From Promethearchaeota archaeon (lineage in GTDB: Archaea; Asgardarchaeota; Lokiarchaeia; Sigyniarchaeales; SOKP01), in NCBI GenBank assembly GCA_008080735.1, contig SHMW01000014.1, positions 11,490-75,489 of the forward strand: DNA of 64,000 nt, in the 5' to 3' direction. Positions within the stretch are counted from its first letter, which is position 1. Every line of letters begins with the position of its first letter. Both the position numbers and the translations under genes were made by a program. Shown in pieces: positions 20,127-29,928 of this stretch. A model generated the notes under the pieces. It saw only the letters and a list, made by a program, of their open reading frames with translations. It did not search any database and was not told where the DNA came from.

Positions 20127-20695
20127 TTATTTAAATGATTCAATGGCAATCTGACCATGATATTCATCAGCATGGACTATAGTATATGCCCATCCCGCCG
20201 CGCAATGTTCCGCCGGCATTAATCCGTCATATCCAGGATTGCCTCCTTGAGTCTGAAATTCCTCTGCCGTCATTCCGAATTTAGGGGCTAATGACATAGT
20301 TGCCTCTTGGAGACCTGGAGTATCCACCATTCAAGGCCCAAACGTAAGCAAAAATCCTTTGTTTCGTCTAATACCCCGGCTAATGATTCGCCAATCGAAG
20401 TTAAGACCGCTCTACTAGCAAAATAGGGTGTCATAAAGGGAGTACCCCCGCCAGAAGTTGTATTCACAATAACTCCTTGATTTTGTTGCAGTATATAGGG
20501 TAGGAATGTTTTAATCGCAAAAATGGCGCCTCTGATATTTACGCTATAGGTTTTGTCCCAGATATCCATCGGTAATACTCTGATTTCCCCTGCTGTATAA
20601 ATAATGGCGTTGCTTCTGCTGGAATTTCAACGAGATTTTTCTCTTAGTATTGACCAACCAAATACATACTTCTCGCCTTTTACTAATTGTTGCAT
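20127..20695 (-). pseudogene. Chimeric remnant: AbrB-like N-terminus fused to a frameshifted short-chain dehydrogenase (SDR)
   Basis: MQQLVKGEKYVFGWSIL...(frameshift)NLVEIPAEA joins directly to SNAIIYTAG...WDKTYSVNIRG...PYFASR...(frameshift)...MVDTPG. The SDR Rossmann GxxxGxG region is missing. Confidence 0.7.
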
Positions 20696-20869
20696 ACGAT
20701 CCTCTTCTATTTTATATTAATCTTAATGAGAAAATTTTTTCCTTAATAAAATTGAACTCAAGTTGTCATAATTCTTTGACATGATAAAGAAAGGAAAAAA
20801 TCTTTGAGTTTAAGAATGTAGATCAATATAAATACTTAAAACATCTTATTTTCAAGAATGTGAATTATT

Positions 20870-21142
20870 GTGATTCTAAAATTAAAATGTGGATTCGCTC
20901 AAGGTATTAAAGAGAGTTCAAATCATCATATCTTGTTGATCGAACGAGATTCTACGATTGAGGATGATTTGAAGGCTCTTTTTAAATTTTTTAAAGACAG
21001 CATTGAGATCTCCAAAATTAGGCGTTTGCATAAATATTACAAGATAAAATCATCTAATCTAGCCATAATTATCTCCCTTCTCTCAACCATCTTGGAACTT
21101 ATCCCAGAAGCAGTTGTTGTCAATGAACCTAGTATAGTGTAA
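20870..21142 (+). CDS. Hypothetical protein
   Basis: 90-aa ORF filling the intergenic space; no recognised motif. Confidence 0.5.
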   Translation: MILKLKCGFAQGIKESSNHHILLIERDSTIEDDLKALFKFFKDSIEISKIRRLHKYYKIKSSNLAIIISLLSTILELIPEAVVVNEPSIV

Positions 21143-21231
21143 TTAATTTTTTTCCTTACGTATACAAAACTCTTTCAAAATTTTTAATTATTAACGAAAT
21201 TTACTAAGTTTAAAACTTTAGAAGAGTAATT

Positions 21232-22113
21232 ATGAAATTCGCAACAGTTAAACAGAAAAATCAAGAAATTGCCGCTCTAGTGGTGGGAGATCATTTCTTT
21301 CCAATCCCACAAATAAATACAACCTTATCTACAGATTGGTATAATACATTAGGAGAGATTTTGGAGCACAATCAACTTGATAAATTGATTTCTTGGTTTA
21401 ATAGGACTGGAAGAGAATATTTAGAAAATACCAATGATTTAGGACAGCCGTTATCAGATATTAACTTTTCTCCGCTATATCGACACCCACATAAGATATG
21501 GGGTATTGGACTCAATTATCGAGACCATGCTGAAGATTTATTGGAAAAAACTCCTTCCTTGATTCCCGCAAGTTTTATGAAATCTGATACCACCATCATC
21601 GGCCCAAATGATACTATATTCATCCCAACACAATCCAGTAAAACTACGGGTGAGGCTGAGTTGGGCGTAATTATTAAAAAAAAATGTAAAAATATTCCGC
21701 GTGAAGATTGGTTGGAGGTAGTAGCAGGCTTTACCACGATTATCGATATGACCGCCGAGGATATACTCAGAAAAAATCCAAGATACCTCACGTTATCCAA
21801 AAATTTTGATACCTTCTTTAGTTTTGGACCACTTTTAATAACGCCAGACGAGTTTGCAGATATTATGGATTTATCGATAGCGACAGTTATTAATGGGGAG
21901 GTTCACGCGAAAAATACGCTTTCAAATATGACCTTTCCCCCCGATTTTTTAGTGTCATTTCATTCCGAGATTATGACATTATTACCAGGAGACATTATTT
22001 CTACTGGCACTCCGAGAGCGGTTCAATTGCGTGATGGGGATATCATTGAATGCCAGATTGACGGATTTATGTCTCTGAAAAATCCTGTAAAAGATTTAAA
22101 AAATTTCCAATGA
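21232..22113 (+). CDS. Fumarylacetoacetate hydrolase (FAH) family protein
   Basis: KIWGIGLNYRDHA, EAELGVII, DMTAED, KNFDTF, LLPGDIISTGTP. Confidence 0.93.
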   Translation: MKFATVKQKNQEIAALVVGDHFFPIPQINTTLSTDWYNTLGEILEHNQLDKLISWFNRTGREYLENTNDLGQPLSDINFSPLYRHPHKIWGIGLNYRDHAEDLLEKTPSLIPASFMKSDTTIIGPNDTIFIPTQSSKTTGEAELGVIIKKKCKNIPREDWLEVVAGFTTIIDMTAEDILRKNPRYLTLSKNFDTFFSFGPLLITPDEFADIMDLSIATVINGEVHAKNTLSNMTFPPDFLVSFHSEIMTLLPGDIISTGTPRAVQLRDGDIIECQIDGFMSLKNPVKDLKNFQ

Positions 22114-22163
22114 TTCTCATTAATGGTCATTCTTTAAATTGACCAAACTCGATAACACAAGAA

Positions 22164-22237
22164 TGGGAGGGACGGGATTCGAACCCGCGGCCTCCTGGTC
22201 CCAAACCAGGAATCATACCAAGCTAGACTACCCTCCC
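22164..22237 (-). tRNA. tRNA-Pro (anticodon UGG), intronless, CCA not encoded
   Basis: Reverse complement GGGAGGGTAGTCTAGCTTGGTATGATTCCTGGTTTGGGACCAGGAGGCCGCGGGTTCGAATCCCGTCCCTCCCA. Acceptor stem GGGAGGG/CCCTCCC, anticodon stem CCTGG/CCAGG around TT-TGG-GA, T-loop GTTCGAA. Confidence 0.96.
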
Positions 22238-22436
22238 ATTTAATAGAAAGAGTATAAATAGAACCATTCTTAAATTTGTATAGAATATTTAATATTTTGT
22301 AGGTTTTTAATTTTGTTATTCATATTCCTTAACAAGCAGAATCTTGAAAAAGAGAATAGATAATTTGAAAATTCGAAGAAAAAATCATACTAAAAATTTT
22401 TTTATTATCAATTATTTATAATAAAGCCGAGTAGAT

Positions 22437-23084
22437 ATGAGAAAACGAAATAAGGAAAATAGAGATTATATTATCCCCACATTTGATATAAACTCAGAAG
22501 GCTTTATACTCTGCAAAGATCATTCACAATATGAAAATCTTAAAACTTCTGCTTATGATTTTTTTCTGAATTTTTTAACTTTCAAACATCTAACTTGTAA
22601 ATCATGTCAAAACTTTAAAAATGACAAGTGTTATTTTCCGCAATCTGACCTCATTAAAATATCGGATGATTTAACCGTTTTTCAAAATCCCTTTATTTGT
22701 CAATTCTGTGGGCGAAAAGTTAGAAATCTATTCACTATTCTTAATAAGTTTAAAAAGGAGCGAGTTTCGAATCAAGTTTCGTCATTAATTTGTTATCGAT
22801 GCCAAAAGATACTTTTGATGGATAATCCTAAAAAAGGATTTATAGATTCTGCGAAACTTACTGCTATGTATTCAATAATAAATTTTTTTGGTATTTTAGG
22901 TGTTTTTTTCTTTTTTCCCCTTTTCCTACGTCTTCCTATGCTGATAGATTCATTTCTTATAAGTCTCATCATCGTGTCTATTATGTTCTACTTTTTTATT
23001 CATTATGGAAGCTTATCATTGAAATACTTAAAAATTGTAAACAATTATGAGATTAATTTCTCAGAATTCAAATCTTTAAAATAA
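22437..23084 (+). CDS. Cys-rich (multi zinc-finger-like) protein with two C-terminal TM helices
   Basis: CKDH, CKSC, KCYF, CQFCG and CYRC motifs, followed by two hydrophobic segments. Confidence 0.6.
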   Translation: MRKRNKENRDYIIPTFDINSEGFILCKDHSQYENLKTSAYDFFLNFLTFKHLTCKSCQNFKNDKCYFPQSDLIKISDDLTVFQNPFICQFCGRKVRNLFTILNKFKKERVSNQVSSLICYRCQKILLMDNPKKGFIDSAKLTAMYSIINFFGILGVFFFFPLFLRLPMLIDSFLISLIIVSIMFYFFIHYGSLSLKYLKIVNNYEINFSEFKSLK

Positions 23085-23153
23085 TTTTAGACTTGCACTT
23101 CTAGTCAGCTTTAATATAACAATCTAAAGGTTGAAAATATGTAGAATAAATTT

Positions 23154-24158
23154 TCAAAGATATCGTTTCTGGAATCCTTCGTAAAGTCTTTCTGCCACAT
23201 CAATAATATAATTCCTATTTTTAATAAAAGAAAGTAGCTCATCGGGAATATTACTATATCCATAATAAGTACCAAGAAGGGCTCCTCCAATGGCGCCCAC
23301 CGTATCTGTATCTCCTCCTGCAGTCACAAGTTCAAACACACACTCCTCCAGAGATGTATATTTTTTTAAAAACATAAAAAGAGAACAAATCATCGTGCTA
23401 AGGGCATATGGATGCACAAATGCCTTACCCAAATATTGTTCAATAAAATAAGGAGATTTTACACCTAACTGAGAGAATTTTATAAGTCCAGACTCTATAG
23501 TGAGGTCCAGATTATTTCTTAAAAGATCCACTCCTTCAGAAAATTCTCTCCACTCAGCCTTTTGAGAATTTAGGGTGGTCACGATTATACTGTCCAAAAA
23601 ATCATCAACATCTAAGCCACTTTCAATTGATTGATATGTTAAGTATGAGACTGCTTTTGCCATCATTCGTGCTCCTGCTGTCGCGGCGGGATGAGAATGT
23701 GTTAGTAAACTTTGTGCGTCAGCGGATTCCAAGAGTTTTTCTAAATCATTGCAATAGAACAAACCTATGGGAGAAACTCTCATTAAAGTCCCATTTCCTC
23801 CACTTTTTGATGCCGCCTTTTGCCATGATATTCCATACTTCAATTTTTTAATCGATGTCAAACATCCGTATCCAGGACCTATCGGAGGATCTTCTAGCCA
23901 TTTAACAAATTCTTTAATGAGATATTCCATATTAAACCCCCCTCCTTTTATTAACGCTTCGGCTAAATGAAGTGTTAACTGTGTATCGTCTGTATAGGAT
24001 GAGAACTTCTTTTTATTTTTCCAGAGAAAATCTTCAAAAAATTCAAATTTTGAACGGATCTTTTCCCTCAACTTCCCCTCAAAAGGACGCCCCAACGTAT
24101 CTCCTATCGCAACTCCTATTAAACATCCTTTAAACTTATCTAAAAAATTTTTTTCCAT
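23154..24158 (-). CDS. ADP-ribosylglycohydrolase (DraG/ARH family)
   Basis: GCLIGVAIGDTLG, YTDDTQ, GNGTLMRVSP, THSH, GGDTDTVGAIGG. Confidence 0.93.
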   Translation of the reverse strand: MEKNFLDKFKGCLIGVAIGDTLGRPFEGKLREKIRSKFEFFEDFLWKNKKKFSSYTDDTQLTLHLAEALIKGGGFNMEYLIKEFVKWLEDPPIGPGYGCLTSIKKLKYGISWQKAASKSGGNGTLMRVSPIGLFYCNDLEKLLESADAQSLLTHSHPAATAGARMMAKAVSYLTYQSIESGLDVDDFLDSIIVTTLNSQKAEWREFSEGVDLLRNNLDLTIESGLIKFSQLGVKSPYFIEQYLGKAFVHPYALSTMICSLFMFLKKYTSLEECVFELVTAGGDTDTVGAIGGALLGTYYGYSNIPDELLSFIKNRNYIIDVAERLYEGFQKRYL

Positions 24159-24195
24159 ATCGAAGAAGATTAGTGTTGACTATATTTCATAAGAA

Positions 24196-24573
24196 TTAAA
24201 TGTGTTTGTGAGTTGCCATATTTTTAATATACTCAATAAGCACTTCTAAACTAAAAGGTTTCTCAAGAAATCCTAGAATGCCAAGCTTTAAGGCTTCTTG
24301 CTTTACGGTTTTATCTGCGCTAGCAAAAATAATATTTGCGTTTTGTTCTATTGACAAAATCTCTTTAGTGGCTTTCAATCCATCTTTCACGGGCATTCTA
24401 TGATCCATTAATATAATGTCTGGTTTTCGTTCGAACGCTTTAAATTTTTGAACTGCTTCTTCTCCATTACTTGCCGTACCTGCAACCTCGAATCCATATA
24501 AATCCAAAAATTTCTTATAAAGGGTTTGAATGGATTTGTCGTCTTCGACGATAAATACGCTAACCAGAATCAC
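24196..24573 (-). CDS. Stand-alone response regulator receiver (CheY-like)
   Basis: VEDD, PDIILMDHRMP (phospho-acceptor Asp), FASA, EKPF. Confidence 0.93.
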   Translation of the reverse strand: MILVSVFIVEDDKSIQTLYKKFLDLYGFEVAGTASNGEEAVQKFKAFERKPDIILMDHRMPVKDGLKATKEILSIEQNANIIFASADKTVKQEALKLGILGFLEKPFSLEVLIEYIKNMATHKHI

Positions 24574-24907
24574 ATCACCCGAGACATTTTTTAACGTGTT
24601 TGTTATATTCTTTAAGATGAATATTATGCTTGATATTTATTTTAGAACCCCCAACAAATACAAAGCCTTACCTCTTCTAAATATTCTATATTGGACCAAA
24701 TGCTATTAAACAATATAAAAGATATTCCTTTTAAATTTAGTTTAATTAAAAAATCACGCATTGAAATCATTCCCACCTCATAAACAAAAAATAAACACTT
24801 TCATCTCTAATAATCATTAATCTTAGGTACTATAAAAATATAAAATAGGAGATATTTAATTTTAATCATATTGAAAAAATCAAAGAAAAAAAAGATTCGT
24901 TTCAAAA

Positions 24908-26461
24908 CTAAAGAAAGGGCTCCATTTCTGGAAAACGAAGCAAAAATCGAGTTCCTTGGGTGGGATCTTGCTCAAATCTGTTTTTAATTATGATTTTCCC
25001 ACTAAATTTTTCTACAATTGCTTTGATTAGCATAAAACCTAATCCAATCCCCTCATATCGATTGTAATTAATGCTTTTTTGTGAAATATCATCTATCAAT
25101 TTTTGGGGAATTCCAACTCCATTATCTACAAATTCGATGTTTATGAATTTACCATCATTATTGATAACTTTCGATATATTAATTTGAATTTCTATTAGAT
25201 CATTTTTGTTATGTAATACAGAGTTTAGAAGAAGATTATAGAACAAATGTTCTATTAAATTATTACCTTTTATAAAATAGTTTTTTTCCCCTTGATCCAT
25301 AATTATTGCAACATTTTGATTATACTTTATATTATTTCTGAGTTTTTTAATTGATTTTTTTAAATAATCAAAAAGATTGATGGGAATAAATCTATCTGAC
25401 TTTTCTTCTAATTTTGATAGAATATCCACGTTTGTACTTAAATTTCCCCCTCTGACGACTTGTTTCTCAATAATCTTAAGAATCTCTGTGAAATGTTCCG
25501 ATTTATAAGTGTCGTTCGAATAAAAATCCAATAATTCCATTGATGTGCAAATATTTTGGAGGATATTATTGATATCATGAGAAAAGATATCGCGATACAA
25601 ATCTATTTGGGTATATGCCTCTCTATAGCTTCTCTGGGATTTTTCTAACCGCTTCTTAGTACGGATCTCTTCTGTAATATCATCAATCGTACTGATGATA
25701 TTCACCAATTCATTACTATCATCAAATAATGGCACGGAATTAATTGAGAGATATTTTAATTCTCCAGATGAATTTTTAATACAATGTTGAATGTTAAGGG
25801 CTGGTTTTTTTGTTGTCAAAACTCGGTTATACGGTAATTTCTCTTCTGGAAATGGATTGCCATTAAAATCGGTAATAAACCAATCTTCAGAATTATATTG
25901 TCGTTTTAAAACTTCGTTTTTATTAATACCGAAAATTTCTCCTGCACGCTTGTTAGAAAATACAATATTTCCCTCAATATCTAAAACCGTAATAGCTATA
26001 GGGCTTGTGTCAGTGATTTTATGCATTAATTTTGTTCTATTTAACAGCTCTTTTTCTAAATCTGTCCATTCAGTGATGTTTATTGTATATTCTATCGCCC
26101 CAATTATATTTCCATCCTTACCTTTAACGGGATAACCTTTAATTAACCAGCCTCTTCCATCATAGGTGGTTTGTTGCCCTATTTCTGACTTGCCAGATTC
26201 TAACGCGGCTTCTACGGGGCAATTCTCGCAAGAAGTCTTACTCTTTGCCCACACTTTATAACATTTCTTGCCTATTATATCGCTTAGGTTGACATGTATC
26301 GAGTCGGTAGCGACTTTATTTGCCCATAGAATCCTGTGGGCTTTATCTTGAAAAACTGTATGCTCAATAAGGTTGTGAAGTATCTGTTCATCTTTTAGAT
26401 TAAAAAAATTCCTATCTTCTGAATGGTTTCCTTTTTGGTCAGTTGGTTTAATATACTTCAC
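24908..26461 (-). CDS. Two-PAS sensor histidine kinase
   Basis: Two PAS/PAC domains (the first with CY-x7-CxxCP), SHDINNILQNI, DNGVGI, GIGLG. Confidence 0.92.
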   Translation of the reverse strand: MKYIKPTDQKGNHSEDRNFFNLKDEQILHNLIEHTVFQDKAHRILWANKVATDSIHVNLSDIIGKKCYKVWAKSKTSCENCPVEAALESGKSEIGQQTTYDGRGWLIKGYPVKGKDGNIIGAIEYTINITEWTDLEKELLNRTKLMHKITDTSPIAITVLDIEGNIVFSNKRAGEIFGINKNEVLKRQYNSEDWFITDFNGNPFPEEKLPYNRVLTTKKPALNIQHCIKNSSGELKYLSINSVPLFDDSNELVNIISTIDDITEEIRTKKRLEKSQRSYREAYTQIDLYRDIFSHDINNILQNICTSMELLDFYSNDTYKSEHFTEILKIIEKQVVRGGNLSTNVDILSKLEEKSDRFIPINLFDYLKKSIKKLRNNIKYNQNVAIIMDQGEKNYFIKGNNLIEHLFYNLLLNSVLHNKNDLIEIQINISKVINNDGKFINIEFVDNGVGIPQKLIDDISQKSINYNRYEGIGLGFMLIKAIVEKFSGKIIIKNRFEQDPTQGTRFLLRFPEMEPFL

Positions 26462-26611
26462 CCAAGAATCACTTTTTAGTCAAGCTTCACAGCCCAATAT
26501 AAATAAATGTACATACTAAATATTAAAAGTTAATTCTTACAAATTAATAATCGAAATCAAGAAAAATTATTTCCTACTATTAATTATAATATTAAAATTA
26601 AGTGAGAAACG

Positions 26612-27862
26612 ATGAATGATTTAGGTCCGAAAAAAAAGACATACAAAAACATTCTGCTTATGTACTCCGGCGGATTGGATACCAGCACGATTCTAAAGTG
26701 GCTCCAAGAAAACTATAATGCTGATGTATATACATTTACCGCAGATTTGGGCCAAGAATTTGCCGATCCCACGAGGTTTAAGGAAATTGAAGAAAAGGCG
26801 AAAAAGTTAGGTGCTAAAAAACATTTCACTGTTGATTTAAAAGATATATTTTTCAAAGAGTATATTGTGCCTACAATTAAAGCTAATGGGTTATATCAAG
26901 GAATATATCCCTTAAGTACAGCAGTTGGCAGACCATTAATCGCAATTGAAGCTGTAAAAATTGCGAAGAATGAAAATATTGAAGCATTAGCTCATGGCTG
27001 TACGGGAAAGGGGAACGATCAAATCAGAATTAATACGACGGCTAATGCCTATGCACCTGAAATTGAAGTGCTGCAACCACTTATTGAATGGAATATGGGT
27101 CGCGACGAGGAGATAAAATATGCTGAGCAACACGGTATTCAAATTCAAAATCAAAATAAAAAGTATAGTACAGATGAAAATCTATTCGGTAGGAGCGCAG
27201 AGTGTGATATTTTAGAGCATCCAGAAATAGAACCTCCTGAGGATTCGAAAGCATGGACAGTTGCTCCAGAAAAGGCACCCAATACCGCCGAATACATTAC
27301 TATAAATTTTGAAGAGGGTATTCCAGTAGGTTTAAACGGTGAAATGATGAATGGAGTTGAATTGATAAGACAATTGCATGAAATAGGATGTAAACATGGA
27401 ATCGGACGGATTGAACATATGGAAGATAGAGCCATTGGATTAAAATCCCGAGAAACATATGAGGTTCCAGCTGCACTAATTCTAATAAAAGCTCATAAGG
27501 ATTTAGAGAAATATGTTTGCACCAAACATGAAAACTCCTTTAAACAATTGGTAGATCAGAGATGGACAGAATTAGCATATGAAGGATTATGGGTTGACCC
27601 CCTAAGAGAAGCACTTGAGGCTTTTATTAATGAGATCAATATGAAAGTGACGGGAAGCGTCAAGGTTAAATTATTCAAGGGATCAGCAAACGTGGTCGCA
27701 CGAGAGTCACCCTATGGCATTTATGATCTAAACTTAGCTACATACGACACTGACAGTTCATTCAACCAGAAATTAAGCTATGGGTTTATTCCTTTATGGG
27801 GGTTGCAAAGCCGGATGGGATTCATTACCAAACGAAAATTAAAACAAGAAAAAAAGAAATAA
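26612..27862 (+). CDS. argG: Argininosuccinate synthase
   Basis: YSGGLDTS, AHGCTGKGNDQ, YSTDENLFGRS, GLKSRETYE. Confidence 0.97.
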   Translation: MNDLGPKKKTYKNILLMYSGGLDTSTILKWLQENYNADVYTFTADLGQEFADPTRFKEIEEKAKKLGAKKHFTVDLKDIFFKEYIVPTIKANGLYQGIYPLSTAVGRPLIAIEAVKIAKNENIEALAHGCTGKGNDQIRINTTANAYAPEIEVLQPLIEWNMGRDEEIKYAEQHGIQIQNQNKKYSTDENLFGRSAECDILEHPEIEPPEDSKAWTVAPEKAPNTAEYITINFEEGIPVGLNGEMMNGVELIRQLHEIGCKHGIGRIEHMEDRAIGLKSRETYEVPAALILIKAHKDLEKYVCTKHENSFKQLVDQRWTELAYEGLWVDPLREALEAFINEINMKVTGSVKVKLFKGSANVVARESPYGIYDLNLATYDTDSSFNQKLSYGFIPLWGLQSRMGFITKRKLKQEKKK

Positions 27863-28027
27863 CTCCATTTCTATTATTATTATTTTCTCTTTTTATCTTC
27901 GATCTATAGTTCCAACCGAATAATTTTGCTAATTTTTATTCAAAAAAATGAATAACAATTTAAATTATCTCAAATATTTATATAAGAACAAAGAAAAGGA
28001 AACTATAATACGAGAGGAAATATAGTT

Positions 28028-28936
28028 ATGAACCTAAAAAAATTATCAGAGTCATTGGGTATAACTTTCACCGCGATGATTACTCCGTTTAAAGAAGATA
28101 TGGAAATAGACGAGGAAAAGTATCGGGAATTCATTCGTTTCCAGATTGATAATGGATGCAACCCATTAACAATGGGGACTACTGGAGAGAGCGCAACCCT
28201 CTCACACGATGAACATCATAAAGCGATTGACATAACAATTGACGAAGCGAGAAAAAGCGCAAAAGATCCCTTCGTTTTAGCAGGTACTGGAAGTAACTCA
28301 ACCAAAGAAGCAATTTCTTTAAGTCAATATGCTGAGAAAGCAGGCGCAGACGGATTATTAATAGTCGTCCCATATTATAACAAACCAGTACAACACTCAC
28401 TTTATGACCATTATGCTACCATCGCGGATGCGGTATCAACCCCAATTATTCTTTATAATGTTCCAAGTAGGACAGGTCGAAATTTAGAACCAGAAACAGT
28501 ATCTAAATTGGCATATGCAAAAGAAAATATAGTAGGGATTAAATGTGCGAGTGGAGATATTCATCAGATTACCAGAATAATCAAATCTACTCCCGACGAA
28601 TTTCTAGTTTTAAGTGGTGATGATCCCTTGACCTATCATTTGATGGCATTAGGCGGCAGAGGTGTCGTTAGTGTCGCATCAAACATCATTCCAAAACGGA
28701 TATCGGAGTTTATAAACTCAATGGGAGAAAATAATTGGATTAAAGCAAGACGAGAGCAATTGGAATTATATGATCTGTTTAAAATTCTATTTATAGAAAC
28801 TAATCCTGGTCCAGTTAAATATGCGGCTGAATTAATAGGTATCATGGACGGTAGTATGAGATTACCTCTTACCCCTCCTTTAGACGAAAATAAAGAAAAA
28901 ATAAAAGCAGTTTTAGACCAACTTAATTTAATTTAA
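28028..28936 (+). CDS. dapA: 4-hydroxy-tetrahydrodipicolinate synthase
   Basis: GTTGES, AGTGSNST, PYYNKP, YNVPSRT, GIK (Schiff-base Lys), ETNPGPVK. Confidence 0.95.
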   Translation: MNLKKLSESLGITFTAMITPFKEDMEIDEEKYREFIRFQIDNGCNPLTMGTTGESATLSHDEHHKAIDITIDEARKSAKDPFVLAGTGSNSTKEAISLSQYAEKAGADGLLIVVPYYNKPVQHSLYDHYATIADAVSTPIILYNVPSRTGRNLEPETVSKLAYAKENIVGIKCASGDIHQITRIIKSTPDEFLVLSGDDPLTYHLMALGGRGVVSVASNIIPKRISEFINSMGENNWIKARREQLELYDLFKILFIETNPGPVKYAAELIGIMDGSMRLPLTPPLDENKEKIKAVLDQLNLI

Positions 28937-28954
28937 ATTTCTATTTTTTTAGAG

Positions 28955-29788
28955 ATGGTTTTAATGTTAAAATTATTAGTATTTGGACCTTCTGGGTCTA
29001 TGGGAACACTTATATCTCGATTAGCTTTACAAGATGAAGAGATAAAAATAGTTGCGGCTTGTGATGTAAAAAATATAGGTGAGAAATTAGCTGACGTCAT
29101 TGGGAGTTCAGATCCCAATAATATTATCATAACTGATAGTACGGATCTTGATAAAATCATTAAAGAAACCCAACCTGATGTTGCGGTTGACTTTACAGTG
29201 GCAGAAGCAACAGAAGCAAATTCAATAATATGTGTTGAGAATGGTATCTCATGTATAATAGGTACGACGGGATTATCCGAGGAATTCCTAATTAAATTCA
29301 AAACCAAGGTCGAGGAAAATAATGTTCCCGCGGTTTTATCCTCCAATATGGCTACTGGGGTCAATGTGTACTTTAAAATGATTTCAATTATTTCAAAATA
29401 CCTTCAAGATTGGGATATAGAGATTATCGAAGCGCATCATCATCGGAAAGTTGATTCACCTAGTGGGACGGCTCTGACTCTCGGGGAAATCATTTCTGAG
29501 GCCATTAATTGTGATTTTGACGAAGTGGCAAAATTTGGTAGAGATAAAGGCCCAAATAAGCGTGAAATCGGAGCGAAAAATGAGATCGGCGTTCATTCAA
29601 TAAGGGCGGGAGATATTGTGGGAGATCATATCGTACTCTATGCTGGCTCGGGCGAGAGGATCGAGTTCAAACATCAAGCTCATAGTAGAGATTGCTTTGC
29701 CACCGGAGCAATAAAGGCTATAAAATTTATTGTAAACCAAACAGAGCCGAAAATTTTTGAAATGAGGGATGTCTTGTCTTTAAGATAA
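28955..29788 (+). CDS. dapB: 4-hydroxy-tetrahydrodipicolinate reductase
   Basis: GPSGSMG, DFT, IGTTG, EAHHHRKVDSPSGTA, IRAGDIVGDH. Confidence 0.96.
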   Translation: MVLMLKLLVFGPSGSMGTLISRLALQDEEIKIVAACDVKNIGEKLADVIGSSDPNNIIITDSTDLDKIIKETQPDVAVDFTVAEATEANSIICVENGISCIIGTTGLSEEFLIKFKTKVEENNVPAVLSSNMATGVNVYFKMISIISKYLQDWDIEIIEAHHHRKVDSPSGTALTLGEIISEAINCDFDEVAKFGRDKGPNKREIGAKNEIGVHSIRAGDIVGDHIVLYAGSGERIEFKHQAHSRDCFATGAIKAIKFIVNQTEPKIFEMRDVLSLR

Positions 29789-29928
29789 ATTTTTTTTTTA
29801 AAATCTTTTTTTCATTTATTCTAATGCTGATATCCACTATCTAATTTTAATTAGATAGTAATGAATCAAAGAATTTTTTTGGAAATGCTCATTACAATAA
29901 TTATTGAATTTTTTGTCTTTTTATTGAT

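Noticed and set aside
22164-22237. tRNA-Pro as the integration site of a provirus or island
   Set aside because: No duplicated tRNA 3' end, integrase or viral gene was seen in the window.
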